From positions 2,356,001 to 2,420,000 of the forward strand of contig BCGN01000001.1 of the NCBI GenBank assembly GCA_001599295.1: a DNA stretch of 64,000 nt, written 5' to 3'. Source of the stretch: Sporopachydermia quercuum (taxonomy: Eukaryota). A program made the translations under genes and the position numbers. Shown piece by piece: positions 34,648-47,400 of the stretch. The notes beneath the pieces were generated by a model. It did no database searches and was not told the origin of the DNA. It saw only the letters and a list, made by a program, of their open reading frames with translations. Each line of letters starts with the position of its first letter. Position 1 is the stretch's first letter.

Positions 34648-37179
34648 ATGGAAAAACTGATAACAAAAATCCAAGCAGGACAGTTCTCAATGGAGAGTGA
34701 CTCTCCAGCATATATGGAAGCGTTCTCGTCGGCCACTGCAACTCAATATATCAACGAGGCAACTGATTCACTGAATTCAAGGCTTAACCTTTCGATAAAT
34801 AGTTTGAAAGAAAGAATCAGCAGCATAACCCCAGAGTCTATTCTTTTAGATGGAAATCTGCTTCAAGTGAAACAAAGAGCAGAGACTATCAATAAACTTG
34901 ACAATGAGCTGGTACAAACAGATATGATACTAGAAGTACTCAACAAACTATGGATTATCAAAGGACTATTTGTTGAACTGAATTCTTCCCTGGAATTTGA
35001 AGATTTTGATACTTTCTACGCTCAAGCGCAATATACTGACTCGAAACTTAAAGCTTTCAGTAAAGAGATTCCTGAAGCGGATAACAGTACATTAATAACT
35101 GATTTAGAATTAAGACTCAAGAAGCTATATTCTAAAGCAGAAGAGAAATTAATAAAACAATGGGAAAAAGTAGTGAACTTCAGCGGGAGTTCTTTGGAAG
35201 CAAGAATTACTATTAGACCTGTTATTCAAACTGAGCTTTCCTCTATTTCAATTGAAGAAATCTATGGTAATTTGGTGACTTATCTCCCAAGGAAAAATGT
35301 GTTATATGCCCTGGAACAGTTCATTGATGGACTTGTTTTTGATCCTTTGGTTTCTAGAAAATGGAAAGCAGAACTAGTAGACATTGGTAATAATAACGAG
35401 AGTACGAACAATTCTGATAACAGCAATAACTCAGCACAACAACTAGTACTTACAGCTTTATCCTCTTCTCCTCTTGNGCCATTCAAGGACACATTGACAT
35501 CGCTTAAAATAACTGCCGATTATTTATCTCAACTTCCGCCAATTCTGCTTGCTCCTATCAGCTCTTATATTTCTTCAAGGCTGACCCAAGATCTAATTGA
35601 CATCACATTACCTTCATACATTGACGAACTGGATTATTCATCACCAAACGTGAATTTATATTTAAAAGAGATTTCATCGTTGGGTGCTTTGCTTCATAAA
35701 TATAAATTAACGAAGACTCAGCTAGAGGCCTGGACAGAAGGCGATAGTTTTATTAAAGCATGGGTCAATGTCAGAATCAGGGCATATATTAATAAAATTC
35801 GTGATGTGTGCTTTCAGCACGATATATCTAGGAAACTCCTTTTGAAAAGGATACCTGCTAGCGCTAAAGGTGATAAGACAAATTCACCAATAAAAGAGGA
35901 GGGAGAAGATATTGAAGGAAAACTAACAAAGGCATCGGATTATGGCTGGAACAATGATGCGGTTGATGATTGGAATGATGATGATTGGGATATGCNAGAA
36001 GATAAAACTAATGATAATGAGAATGATGATGGTTCTAAGGGCAATGTTAAAGGTAATCTTGAGGGGAACATTAGAAATAATGATGATGATGCTGAGGATT
36101 GGAATGATGATGGGGAAGAAGATGATTGGAATTGGGATAATGATAATGATAATGATACTAGGGATGGTAGAGGCAATAAAGATACTAGAAGTATTTCTAA
36201 CAAAAAAACCGCAACAACTACTGCAAGTAAAAATTATATCAATAGCAATCATAATAACAACTTACGCTCTAATCAATCAACAGCTCCTTCCACAGACTTT
36301 TACTTCTCGACAGACCTTCCACAGCAAATTCAAAATATCATCACTGAGTTTCTTAACGAAGGGAAAGCCCTACAATCTTTACCTCCTTCCTCAACAGATT
36401 TCAAACTCATATCGGTCGCCGGTTCGATCTACCATTCTCAGCTTCAATCTTTTTACAGCTTATATTGTTCCGTCATTCCAGAAATCTATAAGCCTAGTCA
36501 CACGTTTGAATTCCTAGCGTACAATGACTTGACCTATCTATGCGAATTGATATCTGCTTTACCAGATACTCACAATGAACTATTATCAACCTACAGTTTT
36601 GCTACTTCTTACCTTATGAATATAACCAGGAAAATGCAAAGCTTCATTTATTATGAGTTTCTAAAGCCAGTAACATTCAATGCTTGCTATGAAGCAAATG
36701 TGAATAGAAGAACTCAACTGTTGTTTGATAACCTCTGCACTCATGTTAAATCGGTGTCATCAAAGATCTTTTCAGACAGCGTTTTATCATTTATAACGAA
36801 GCAAACAACATTTGCTTCAATAGTTGATTTCGTTCTATCTAATCTGATTACCAGAGTACTTAGAATGGGAGATATCAGTGAATTGGAATCCGAATGCATC
36901 GCTGGATGGTTCAATCAGTTTGCAGCCGTTGTATTTACTTCATTCCCGGGAACAATTGAGTTGCCATTAGATCAAATTCTGAATAATTACCATAAGTTCT
37001 CAACTTTAGCTATGTTATTGACGTCGCATATTGATGATATAATGAATAAGTTTGTCAATGGTGATTTGTATGATTATACTACTGAAGAACTAGAAACAGT
37101 TTTTGTTTCGTTGTTTGCTGATTCTCATAAACGGTCAGAAGCTATCAACGAGATCAAGGATATCAGAGGTGAACAATGA
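34648..37179 (+). CDS. DSL1: Dsl1/ZW10 ER tethering-complex subunit
   Basis: Acidic Trp-rich lasso (DDWNDDDWD, EDDWNWD); AYNDLTYL; MGDISELES; C-terminal LFADSHKRSEAINEI. Confidence 0.85.
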   Translation: MEKLITKIQAGQFSMESDSPAYMEAFSSATATQYINEATDSLNSRLNLSINSLKERISSITPESILLDGNLLQVKQRAETINKLDNELVQTDMILEVLNKLWIIKGLFVELNSSLEFEDFDTFYAQAQYTDSKLKAFSKEIPEADNSTLITDLELRLKKLYSKAEEKLIKQWEKVVNFSGSSLEARITIRPVIQTELSSISIEEIYGNLVTYLPRKNVLYALEQFIDGLVFDPLVSRKWKAELVDIGNNNESTNNSDNSNNSAQQLVLTALSSSPLXPFKDTLTSLKITADYLSQLPPILLAPISSYISSRLTQDLIDITLPSYIDELDYSSPNVNLYLKEISSLGALLHKYKLTKTQLEAWTEGDSFIKAWVNVRIRAYINKIRDVCFQHDISRKLLLKRIPASAKGDKTNSPIKEEGEDIEGKLTKASDYGWNNDAVDDWNDDDWDMXEDKTNDNENDDGSKGNVKGNLEGNIRNNDDDAEDWNDDGEEDDWNWDNDNDNDTRDGRGNKDTRSISNKKTATTTASKNYINSNHNNNLRSNQSTAPSTDFYFSTDLPQQIQNIITEFLNEGKALQSLPPSSTDFKLISVAGSIYHSQLQSFYSLYCSVIPEIYKPSHTFEFLAYNDLTYLCELISALPDTHNELLSTYSFATSYLMNITRKMQSFIYYEFLKPVTFNACYEANVNRRTQLLFDNLCTHVKSVSSKIFSDSVLSFITKQTTFASIVDFVLSNLITRVLRMGDISELESECIAGWFNQFAAVVFTSFPGTIELPLDQILNNYHKFSTLAMLLTSHIDDIMNKFVNGDLYDYTTEELETVFVSLFADSHKRSEAINEIKDIRGEQ

Positions 37180-37548
37180 ATATAGGAGCATGTATGACGG
37201 AAAGTATGGTTGGAGTTGAGTTGCATTAAAATTGGTAGAACTTAAGGGGTAGAATGAGCTCAATTTTCACCTACGTGGAAGGCACGATGTATAGGTGATT
37301 GGTTAGTAGCTGGAACGTGATTTAATTGCGAATTTAGTACTAATGGATTGAATTGGTTTGGTGATAGCTGTGAGTAACAGCGCTTGTATGACGGAATCCA
37401 AATAATTACCGTTCCGTCGAAGCTTTCTAGCGCCAGTATTATTATTATATCATTATTTTCAGTATTACTATCATTAGCATTACAGCATCTCTTGCTCCAT
37501 TTACTTTTCACCGATTGCCAGTGTTCTAAATTCATCAATCTTCAGGAT

Positions 37549-37575
37549 ATCATCATCATCATCATCATCATCATC
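37549..37575. repeat. (ATC)9 microsatellite
   Basis: Direct reading; between the convergent 3' ends of DSL1 and the cyclophilin gene. Confidence 0.9.
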
Positions 37576-37655
37576 AGTATTAACGAACTGAGTGAACTCT
37601 CAAATTATATTACAGAACAGCATAATTGTACATATTTACAGTCATATTTACACTA

Positions 37656-38828
37656 TCATCTTCCACGCTCAGTATATTTCATATTTCCTCTTCCTTTGAA
37701 TACAATTTTCGGTGATTCTTGATTGTTAGTCGTATCTTGTTGTTCATTGCTATTTGATTTAGCATTGATGTATCTATTGCTCCAGTCATCATGTCGATCA
37801 TCTTGATATCTACTTCTATATCTGTTTGGACTGCTTCGATAGTCATCATTTTTGTTATATCTGTCAAATNTTTCACGTCTGTTGTATTTGTCGAATCCGC
37901 TGTATCTACTATGTTGATCGTCATTATAGTATCTGTCGTTATCTCTTTCTCTATGCCTGAAGTCACGTCGGTTGAATTTGCCTTTTCTAATAGACCTATC
38001 ATCATTATAAGAATCATACAATTCGTTTCGCAATAGTTTACTATTTTCGTGGTTATTTCTGTCGTCTGAGTGCTCTCTTTCATCAGTGTATTCACTACTG
38101 AATCCTGAGCTATTATGGTGAATATCACCAGCTGAAGGTTCCTTTGACGCTGAACTATTTTCTTGTAGCTTATCTAATTCATTCTTCGGTTCACTTTCAG
38201 CAACCAAGCTTCCACGATTGCTTTCTAAATCCATAGGTGTCTCTCTGTTTTCTTTACTGTTATCACCATTATCAATATTCTTCCCATCTCCAATAGTTAC
38301 CACCTGGTTATCTTTATGTTCGTCATCATTAACAAAGAGCATTTCACCACATTTTGATATTATCACATCTTCTTCGGGTTCATCGTTTTTATCAACAGGG
38401 ATTGTCTCAAGCTGTTGAAGTACTTCCCATCCATCACTAACTCTACCCACAGGCAGCCCAGGTAGGTTATATGCTGTTAGATCAGCTGTTGTGATGTAAA
38501 ATTCACTTCCGTACTTATCATTATCAACACACAGGCAAACTTGGCCTTTCTCAGGCTTTTGATTCAAGTAGTCATCGCTATTTGGTCCACTTTCCTTTGT
38601 ACTGTTGATGATACTAATTGCTTCTCTTCCTGGTATGAAACCTCCTTCTATAATAAATTCAGGACAGACAAGTCTATGAAACTTGGTTTTCTTGTACTTT
38701 TTCTCTCTCATAAGCTGTAAAAAGTGTTGTGAAGCTTTCGATGATTCGTTTTCTAAGTCAATTATGATTCTTCCAGTTATCTCTGGTCTATTCTTCACTT
38801 TGGTGTATAGATACACTCGTGGAGCCAT
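37656..38828 (-). CDS. Divergent cyclophilin-like protein with R/D/Y-rich tail
   Basis: PRVYL, GRIIIDL, YKKTKFHRLV..FIIEGG, GSEFYIT, GRVSDGWEVL, VIISKCGE; C-terminal VFKGRGNMKY. Confidence 0.8.
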   Translation of the reverse strand: MAPRVYLYTKVKNRPEITGRIIIDLENESSKASQHFLQLMREKKYKKTKFHRLVCPEFIIEGGFIPGREAISIINSTKESGPNSDDYLNQKPEKGQVCLCVDNDKYGSEFYITTADLTAYNLPGLPVGRVSDGWEVLQQLETIPVDKNDEPEEDVIISKCGEMLFVNDDEHKDNQVVTIGDGKNIDNGDNSKENRETPMDLESNRGSLVAESEPKNELDKLQENSSASKEPSAGDIHHNSSGFSSEYTDEREHSDDRNNHENSKLLRNELYDSYNDDRSIRKGKFNRRDFRHRERDNDRYYNDDQHSRYSGFDKYNRREXFDRYNKNDDYRSSPNRYRSRYQDDRHDDWSNRYINAKSNSNEQQDTTNNQESPKIVFKGRGNMKYTERGR

Positions 38829-39755
38829 TGTGTAGAAGAGAAGGGATCAGGACCAAGGAGGCTGCGACAAACAGTACTTTAAGCGCCCTGACTGCTTAGC
38901 AAATTGGAATTCAAATTGTATGCGTATAGCTGAAGAAAAATTAAGTTCCGTGATGTTCTCTGGTTATTATTTGAATTGATGTGATATGAGAAAGAAAAGG
39001 AAGAGATGGAAAAGAGCACAGACAAAAGAGTAGAGNATTTATTACGTACATGTGAAGTTCTCACAATTAATGTATAAGTATATACACTATACATATTTAC
39101 GTGGATAATGCATAATATGCATATGAGATTTTCATTGTACTTGGCTAGATTGCTGTTCAACGTTGATAAAGTTGCCTTTACGATAATGAAATAAATCATC
39201 ACATTTATACCATGTTTCTGATACTTTCGAATAAATAATTAGATCTGTCCGCACTTAAGTAATTTTCCACTAGAAAAGTCGAGGTAATAATAAGTCCCTT
39301 ACAGAAGTATCAAGGTNAGAGGCTATTTCACTATCGATACAGTGATTATATATAGAACCTGCATTTGCATACCAACGCTTATCTCTCTTCCGCTATATCA
39401 TAAGTCTATTTCTTAGTAAATATAATCTAGTTCTCCAGATAACGGAACAAACTGTAGCTCAAATCATCATATAATTGTTTGTATAGGTTTATAACTTTTC
39501 AAACAAACAATTACCAAGATAATCTTGTACTATATGTCTAACCTTCCTATCTTATTTAGAGCCATACTATGCATAACATCCGATAATGCATATTCCAATG
39601 TTTCCCTGCATAATTCCTTTATCTTTCGCTTCGATCAAAGTATTCAATTTTCGTTCTTTTCTTCTTATTATGTATTGTTAATACTCCTATTGACGTTTAA
39701 CGGCTTGTAAACATCAGATTTCAGCTCAGTTTCCTCTATTGTAACGTCTCCCGAA

Positions 39756-41282
39756 ATGCTGTCTTTTTTGAATATTATAATACTGATTCTAGCTCCGTTT
39801 CTAGCCTTGTATATGCTAATTGACTGGCAGCTATCTAGATACCCTCAGCATATAAATTACAACAGAGATGGAAAGAAACCTGTTAGAATCTTACCATCGC
39901 TTAGTAAAAAGGGGGAAGCTGATAACAATGTTCTAGTGGAAATTGAGGACAAAGTAATCCCTAGGATCAAAACTTTCAAGTTCAATGAAAACAGAAGCAA
40001 CTCAAGTAAAACCTATGTGATCATTGGTGGCAGTGGGTTTATTGGTTCATGGCTTATTCGACATTTGTTATTGCTTCAATGCAGATTTGACAAGCAGCTG
40101 ACTATCAATATTTACAATTTTGATATAATCAAGTCTCCTCCTGATATTGCAAGAACAGATGTAAAATATCTTGCTGTTGATATTCGTAATAAAGAAGATC
40201 TAGTTAATCAACTAGAGGGTGTATGCAACGAGAATCAATCAATTGGTGATTTGATAATTATTAACTGTGCTATCATTAAAAGATATCAGGATTCTGATAA
40301 AATGGGCTATGAAACGCTTGCTGATGTCAATATCAAAGGAATGGAAAATCTACTTGATTGTATCTGGCAATTGAAGTATTACTCTAGTATTGAATCAATC
40401 ACCTTATCATCGTTTGCTGATCCAATTGTCTATAAGGAAAAGTACATTTGGAGCAAAATATGGAATATAGGCAATTCAGACTCATTAGCTTGTTTATCAA
40501 ATGTTTCTTCGTCAGTTTCTGTTGATAGAATAATAAACAACTATGCAAAAACGAAGTATCACTCAATTTCTTCATTATTATGTTCCAATAATACAAAATT
40601 GACCAACTACAGCTTCCCGTTATCAACAGTTGCTCTTTCGTTATATGGATTTGTTTCCGGTCATTTGAATGATAACTTATTTGAACCGGCGCTTGATCTT
40701 GGTAGAGTGGCCAGTTATTTCGGCAAAAACCCTGTTGCATTGCTTCATGTCGAAGATGTCTCGTTATCAATGCTTCTTTTGCTTGAACGTGATGATCTCA
40801 AGGGGACCAATCAAATGATTTATCCTGGGGTGAATTCTAACTCTACTGAATCAGCTATTGAAATGGTCACCTGGGATGCAGTTCTTAAATTCATCGTTGA
40901 GCTTGAACCTGCTTTTAAACCTATTTATGTTAATCCCGTGATAGTGCTAATGCTATCATCGGCTAACTCATGGTATAATATGTTTTGGTCTTCGATTAGA
41001 AGCCTAATGCGCAAACCACCTAAATTAACACCAAAAGCTATTTTGTATTATAGAAAGAAATGGGCATTGTTTGCTGGTTATTTCAATTTGAATACTATTG
41101 AAAGGTTTGATTTTCTTATGTTGGTAGAGATACCTGATGTGTCCAGTACAGCTGAAAAGTCTGATTTCCAATCTATTGAATATTCTAATGAAGAAGTAGT
41201 TAGGAATCTGATAAAAGACTATAGAAAGAAGAAGGAATTTATTGCAAGTAGGAAGGAAAGATTTGGATTAAACGATGAGTAA
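39756..41282 (+). CDS. Membrane-anchored extended SDR, 3-beta-hydroxysteroid dehydrogenase/epimerase-like
   Basis: N-terminal TM; YVIIGGSGFIG Rossmann motif; VNIKGMENLL; YAKTK (YxxxK); LLHVEDV. Confidence 0.7.
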   Translation: MLSFLNIIILILAPFLALYMLIDWQLSRYPQHINYNRDGKKPVRILPSLSKKGEADNNVLVEIEDKVIPRIKTFKFNENRSNSSKTYVIIGGSGFIGSWLIRHLLLLQCRFDKQLTINIYNFDIIKSPPDIARTDVKYLAVDIRNKEDLVNQLEGVCNENQSIGDLIIINCAIIKRYQDSDKMGYETLADVNIKGMENLLDCIWQLKYYSSIESITLSSFADPIVYKEKYIWSKIWNIGNSDSLACLSNVSSSVSVDRIINNYAKTKYHSISSLLCSNNTKLTNYSFPLSTVALSLYGFVSGHLNDNLFEPALDLGRVASYFGKNPVALLHVEDVSLSMLLLLERDDLKGTNQMIYPGVNSNSTESAIEMVTWDAVLKFIVELEPAFKPIYVNPVIVLMLSSANSWYNMFWSSIRSLMRKPPKLTPKAILYYRKKWALFAGYFNLNTIERFDFLMLVEIPDVSSTAEKSDFQSIEYSNEEVVRNLIKDYRKKKEFIASRKERFGLNDE

Positions 41283-41800
41283 ACTAGAGGAAGAAAATGA
41301 AAAAGATGTTAATTCGGTATTGATAAATTGGTAATATATAGAGCATTGGATACTCATAATTTCAATAGTATTCTTAGTTATCCGTTGATAACAAAAGCAA
41401 AATCGTGACACAGAATCAATAAAACGTAGAAGATAGATGTAGACATCCAAGAATATATTGAATAGGCAACCAGTCACTGGATCAATTGTGGAACTGATGT
41501 TATTTATCGACAAATAGAAGAGTCTGAATGAACAATCATTGTAAATTGATGGTTCGCTACAATTAAACAAGAGAGTACTAGATGCTCTTCAGTTCTCAAT
41601 CCACTCTGAAGATAAGCATTCTACGTTGTACCTTACTAACCACTGTTATAACATGCTCTTCATGTATTTTGCTCTACAACATCAAACTACTGTGATTAGA
41701 ACATATTCTATCAAACCTATTATAGAGTTCATGCCATGCTTCTCTTCTTCTTCATCGTTTTCATCATCACTATTATCACCACCTTCTTTGGCACTTCCAC

Positions 41801-43067
41801 CTATAGAACCATAAACCACATCAGAAAGAACTGAACAACAAAACAGTATAGAAAGAGGAACTGGATTTTTCTCTTTCTTTGAGCTGATGAGAATGTTTGA
41901 GCAGTTCCTGTTGCAGGAGGTAAAACAATAGTTCTTAGAGATCTTAGCATGAAGAAAGCTAATGCAAAGAAAACCAAAAAGAACACTAGAAAATTAAGAA
42001 TTTTAGATCCCATGAATGTTGATGCTAATGTACAAATAATAATTCTATGATAAGTTAGTAAGGTGCTAATTTGAGGAGAAATAGGTGGCAATATAAACAT
42101 CGATATAATGTAACCATAAAGCATATGGTACCATAGGTGTAGTATCATAGTATCACAATGTACTTACGGAACAAACTTGTAACCACTGTAAGCAACTAAA
42201 TCAAGAAATTTACTGTCAGCCGATAAGAGATAAGATCCAAGCTTCAATATCAAAATATCCAATAAGCCATAAGCTGCTGTCTTTGACGAATTGTTAACTA
42301 TAGCATCGGCTTTGAAATCGCCATGAAACCCTGCTAAATAAGACCAAAGAACAACAAGACTCACAGCTCCCATTAATGGTATATACAAATCAGGAGCATT
42401 GACATCTTCAATTGGTGTAGCATAAATATCAGGAGCATTTGAACTGGAGTCGGCTCTTCTTGAAATTCTAGACCATGATTTATGTTTATAAGGAAATAAG
42501 ATAAGGAATAGCTTTTTGATCACGTAAGAGTTGGACACTTGGAAATATAGCTTCAAATCTGACACTGAGACATATTTGTGAATCTGTATAGGTACGTTAG
42601 TAAGAGTTGTTTAGTTGAAAGTTCATATGATACTTCAGTGAAAAAAAAAATAAAAAAAAATAAAAACAGAGCTGAAAAAACTCTGGTTGGATGTAGCAGT
42701 AGCTAGCAGTATTTTCAATTCTAAATGACTTCACAACAATAATACTTACTCGTTGTTCAACAAAATCAGAACCAGCCATAACAGCATTTTTTCCTACTTG
42801 TAATCCCATTTGAGTGGTTGAGTCATTGAAAAGGCCCAAATAAGGATTGCCTCCTGCTTCATAAGATGCAGTTCTAGCATGACCGCCTTGCACATTCCCA
42901 CCTGTGCCAGAGTATCCTGTGAACTGTTGCTGAGCATTCAATCTTCCCGGCTGTACCTGCGTTTGATGAGACTGTTGCTGCTGTTGATCCAATTGGATTG
43001 GATGTTGTGGCACTGGATGATGCAATGGTGGAGATATTGCTCCTGTTGGGTACCCTTGGTTATACAT
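41801..43067 (-). CDS. YIF1: Yif1 ER-Golgi membrane protein; exons 43067-42750, 42583-42168, 42044-41801
   Basis: PPLHHPVPQHP, LYFQVSNSYV, LFPYKHKSW, DVNAPDLYIPLM, DLVAYSGYKFV, FFMLRSLR; two GTAAGT/TACTAAC/YAG introns (42584-42749, 42045-42167) give a continuous frame. Confidence 0.93.
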
Positions 43068-43903
43068 TGTCAGGTCAGTGGTGTATAATTATCAGACAAA
43101 AGAGATGAAGTACGAGTTGCTTCCTAAGTAAACCCACGTAGTAGTTAATATATTATTGTAAACACTTAGAGCAACTATTTCTAAATTTGCTGAATACTTG
43201 CTGGCAAGTCTGCTTGTCAAATGTCTGAGATGCAGTATCTAACGATTTGTGGAAGATGAATAGTTCGAACAAGCAATTGATGATAAGACCAGACCGGAGG
43301 AGATTCAAACTAAAGAAGAGAAAGCAGATACGGAGCGTTTTAGTTGCTGTAAGTAGTATAGTAGTTTCAGGTAAAGTACACTCAACTTTGGATTTCATAG
43401 TCGGTTGTTTGGTTATGATCGGTGATGGATTGATAATCTTTGTCAAGTGCCTGGAAATGTGGTGGATGATAATGGTGGAAGTTGATGTTGTTTCCGTATT
43501 TTGCGTAATAGCGGATAGGATTCATGTTATTGTTTCCTAAATGTTGAAGAAGTTCTCTCTTCCAAAGTTATGTTTTCCGTCTCAATTCAGGGGGTAGATA
43601 CTGATGTTGATGGTGCTCAGATTNTAAATTGTCTCCGCAATTCAGGCCTCTGTACGGAGATATTAGTGATTTGAGTAGAAGAGAAGAGCTTGCAGTTCTT
43701 CATAATTCAGCTAGATAAAGCAAACATAATACAGTATTATTACTGTATCCTTTCTTTAAAACTACTATTATGGCTGGATGTTTTTTGAAAAGTATACTGT
43801 TATACTTTATGCTTAATACTCCCTTCTCCTACTCATCACTCTATCTCACTCTTTCCCCCTTCATTTTCTCCGCTTTCGCTCTATCTTCACCTAACCTTCA
43901 AAG

Positions 43904-43936
43904 CGCGTGATTGTCAATTTACGCGTTTGTACGCGT
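43904..43936. promoter_or_regulatory. MCB (MBF) boxes upstream of POL2
   Basis: ACGCGT at 43921 and 43931, plus CGCG at 43904. Confidence 0.75.
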
Positions 43937-44405
43937 TCAGGTAAGCCTCACAAACAATACAATTCTCATTCTGTGACTATTTTTCTATCTTTTTATTTTG
44001 GGTTCTGTTATTACTATTGTTTGTTTGATATTATTATAAACAATCCAATTGAGGCTGATAAACCATAGGGAAAGCTGTGCTTCTTTTTACTGCATTTATA
44101 TCGACGAAACACTTCATTGCATTTGATCAGTAGTTTATACTATCGCTATACTATTGACATTCAAACTATACACGGCATTATAGTCAATCTACCAAAGTGA
44201 CGTGCCTCACTGATAGTAATTGAGTATTGATAATCGGATCAAACCAGTATCTAATAGTGGTTTCAAACTATTGTTTTTATATCACTCTGCAGGTTTTACC
44301 TTTCTTTTTCATCAGTTCCCATTCTATTCGTTCAACATACATTAGAAAACACACCACCATCATTACACACCATTCCAGCCCCAGACTTCAGATTAAACAG
44401 CGGCT

Positions 44406-47400
44406 ATGGTCAATGCTCCAAGCTCGCGAGGCAGTTCAACTGCCAGATTCGTAAAAAACCAGAGAGATGCTAATTCTAGTACCAAGGATCGAAATAACTA
44501 TNGCACGATGAACAACAAAACATTCACAGGTAATAGAACAAACAATAGTAGTAGTAACACCAATAATAATGCATTCGGATCAGAAGCAGCTAACGGAACA
44601 ATGTTTGGTTCTCCCGATACAACTTTCAGAATGGAAGCAGTGAAAAAATTCAGCGCTATTGATAAGAAAATGGGATTCGACAAGTTTGAATCTGGACCCA
44701 GTAAGTTAGGATGGTTGATTAATATGCATACAACTACAATTCCGTCAGGTGACACCATAGGAGGCATCGCTGGTGTTGATTATTATTTTCTTGATGTTGA
44801 GGGTGGAGGATTCAAAGGAACTGTTGCCTTTGATCCTTATTTTCTAATATCATGTAAACACGGTTTAGAAACAGAAATTGAAGAGTTTCTGAGAAGAAAG
44901 TTTGAGAAGAACATCAAACGGATAGAAAAGATAGAGATGGAAGATTTGGGTATGGCCAATCATCTAGTAGGTCTTACAAGAACTATGCTGAAACTATCAT
45001 TCCATAATATTAATGAGCTTCTAGCAGCTAGAAGAACATTAATGCCTTTGATTGAAGCAAACAAAGCAAGACAAAAAGCAACAGACGTTTATTCTAACCT
45101 GAATGTTGAAGACGATGAATTCATTGAAGCCAATAAAGCATCATTAGACCTAGTTGAATTCATTGATGATATAAGAGAATACGACGTTCCTTATCATGTA
45201 AGAGTTGCTATTGACTTAGATATAAGAGTTGGTAAATGGTATCATGTTCATGCAAACGATGGGAAGGTTGAACTGCAAGAAGATAAGACAAGAGTAACGA
45301 GAGCTGATCCTGTAGTATTAGCATTTGATATTGAAACGACAAAAGCCCCTCTGAAGTTCCCTGACTCAAAATTCGACCAGATTATGATGATATCTTATAT
45401 GATCGATGGAGAGGGTTTTCTTATCACTAATAGGGAAATCATATCTCAAGATATTGATGATTTTGAGTACACACCTAAACCTGAATTTCCAGGTTTATTC
45501 ACCATTTTCAACGAGCCCAATGAAAAAGCTGTCGTTGAAAGATTCTTTGAACATATTCAAGATTCTCAGCCTACTGTTATTGCAACATTCAATGGTGATT
45601 TCTTCGATTGGCCTTTCATTGATGACAGAGCCAAAATCCATGGCATTTCTATGTATGATGAAATAGGGTTCATGAAGGACAACGAGAATGAGTATAAATC
45701 AAGATACTGTGCGCATATGGATTGTTATCGTTGGGTGAAGCGAGATTCTTATTTACCTCAAGGTTCCCAAGGTTTGAAAGCAGTTACAACTGCTAAGCTT
45801 GGATATAATCCAATTGAGCTTGATCCTGAGTTAATGTATCCTTATGCAAGAGAGCATCCACAGCTGTTGTCAGAATACTCTGTTTCCGATGCTGTGGCAA
45901 CATATTATCTCTATTTCAAATATGTTCATCCATTTATCTTCTCGCTATGTAATATTATTCCTTTAAATCCTGATGAAGTGTTGCGTAAAGGTACTGGAAC
46001 ACTGTGTGAAATGCTATTAATGGTCCAAGCTTACGAAAAGAACATTCTGCTACCAAACAAACATAAAGATCCCTTGGAAAGATTCTACAACGGTCATTTG
46101 CTTGAAACAGAAACTTACGTTGGTGGTCATGTAGAATCTTTGGAAGCTGGAGTTTTCCGCAGCGATCTGCCGACAGATTTCTCTATTGACACAACAGCCA
46201 TTGACGAGCTGGTTCGTGATTTGGATCAAGCTTTGAAGTTCAGTATTGAAGTAGAGGCAAATTCTTCAATGGATCTGGTGACAAATTATGAAGAAATCAA
46301 GCAGGAGATTCTGAGTAAACTGCTAGCTCTCAAGCAAAAGCCTAAAAGTTCTCAATTGCCTTTGATATACCATGTGGACGTTGCTTCTATGTATCCGAAC
46401 ATTATGACCAGTAATCGTCTACAACCTGACTCTATGAAAACAGAACAAGATTGTGCTGCATGCGATTTCAATATCCCAGGGAAAAACTGCGATCGAAGGC
46501 TCAACTGGATGTGGCGTGGAGAATATTTCCCCGCAGAAGCCAACGAATACAATATGATCAAGCGTGCATTGCAGAATGAGAGTTTCCCGGTAAGAGGCAA
46601 CAAAAACTATCTAAAATCATACAATGAGCTCCCATATTCTGAACAAGTAAGCTTGTTGAAGAAGAGACTGAGTGATTACTCCAGAAAAGTGTATCATCGC
46701 GTGAAGCAAACTCAAGAAGTAGAAAGAGAAGCAGTGATCTGCCAAAGAGAGAACCCTTTCTATGTAGACACTGTGCGATCCTTCAGAGACAGAAGATACG
46801 AATTCAAAACATTACAAAAAGTTTGGAAAAAGAACCTTCAGGAAATCCCAAAGGACAAAGTTCATGAGGAAGAAAATGCAAAAAAGCTCATTGTTTTATA
46901 CGATTCATTGCAATTGGCACATAAAGTCATCTTGAACTCATTTTATGGTTACGTAATGAGAAAAGGTTCTCGATGGTATTCGTTGGAGATGGCTGGTGTC
47001 ACGTGCTACACTGGAGCCACAATTATTCAAATGGCACGTGCTTTGGTGGAAAGACTAGGGAGACCCCTTGAATTGGACACTGACGGTATTTGGTGCATTC
47101 TCCCGAAAACCTTCCCGGAAAACTTCACATTCAAGCTATCAAATGGTAAACGCATCTTTATATCTTATCCTTGTGTTATGTTGAATCATCTAGTTCATGC
47201 TAGATTTACTAATCACCAGTATCAAAAACTAGTTGATCCTATAAAGCTAAAGTATGAAACTATTAGTGACAATAGTATCTTTTTCGAGGTCGATGGACCT
47301 TATAGGGCTATGATCCTTCCCACATCCAAGGAAGAAGGTAAAGGATTGAAAAAGAGGTATGCAGTGTTCAATGATGATGGTACTTTGGCAGAATTGAAAG

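Noticed and set aside
35923..36517. Overlapping Met/Ile-rich ORFs
   Set aside because: These are shadow frames of the GAT/AAT-rich Dsl1 lasso; the other short antisense ORFs in the track are likewise shadows.
6882..41282. Sterol gene cluster (HMG1, SIP3, 3-beta-HSD-like SDR)
   Set aside because: The genes are spread over 35 kb among unrelated housekeeping genes.
43153..43710. Short ORFs and splice-like signals between YIF1 and POL2
   Set aside because: I could not build a coherent gene model or recognisable protein; may be UTR.
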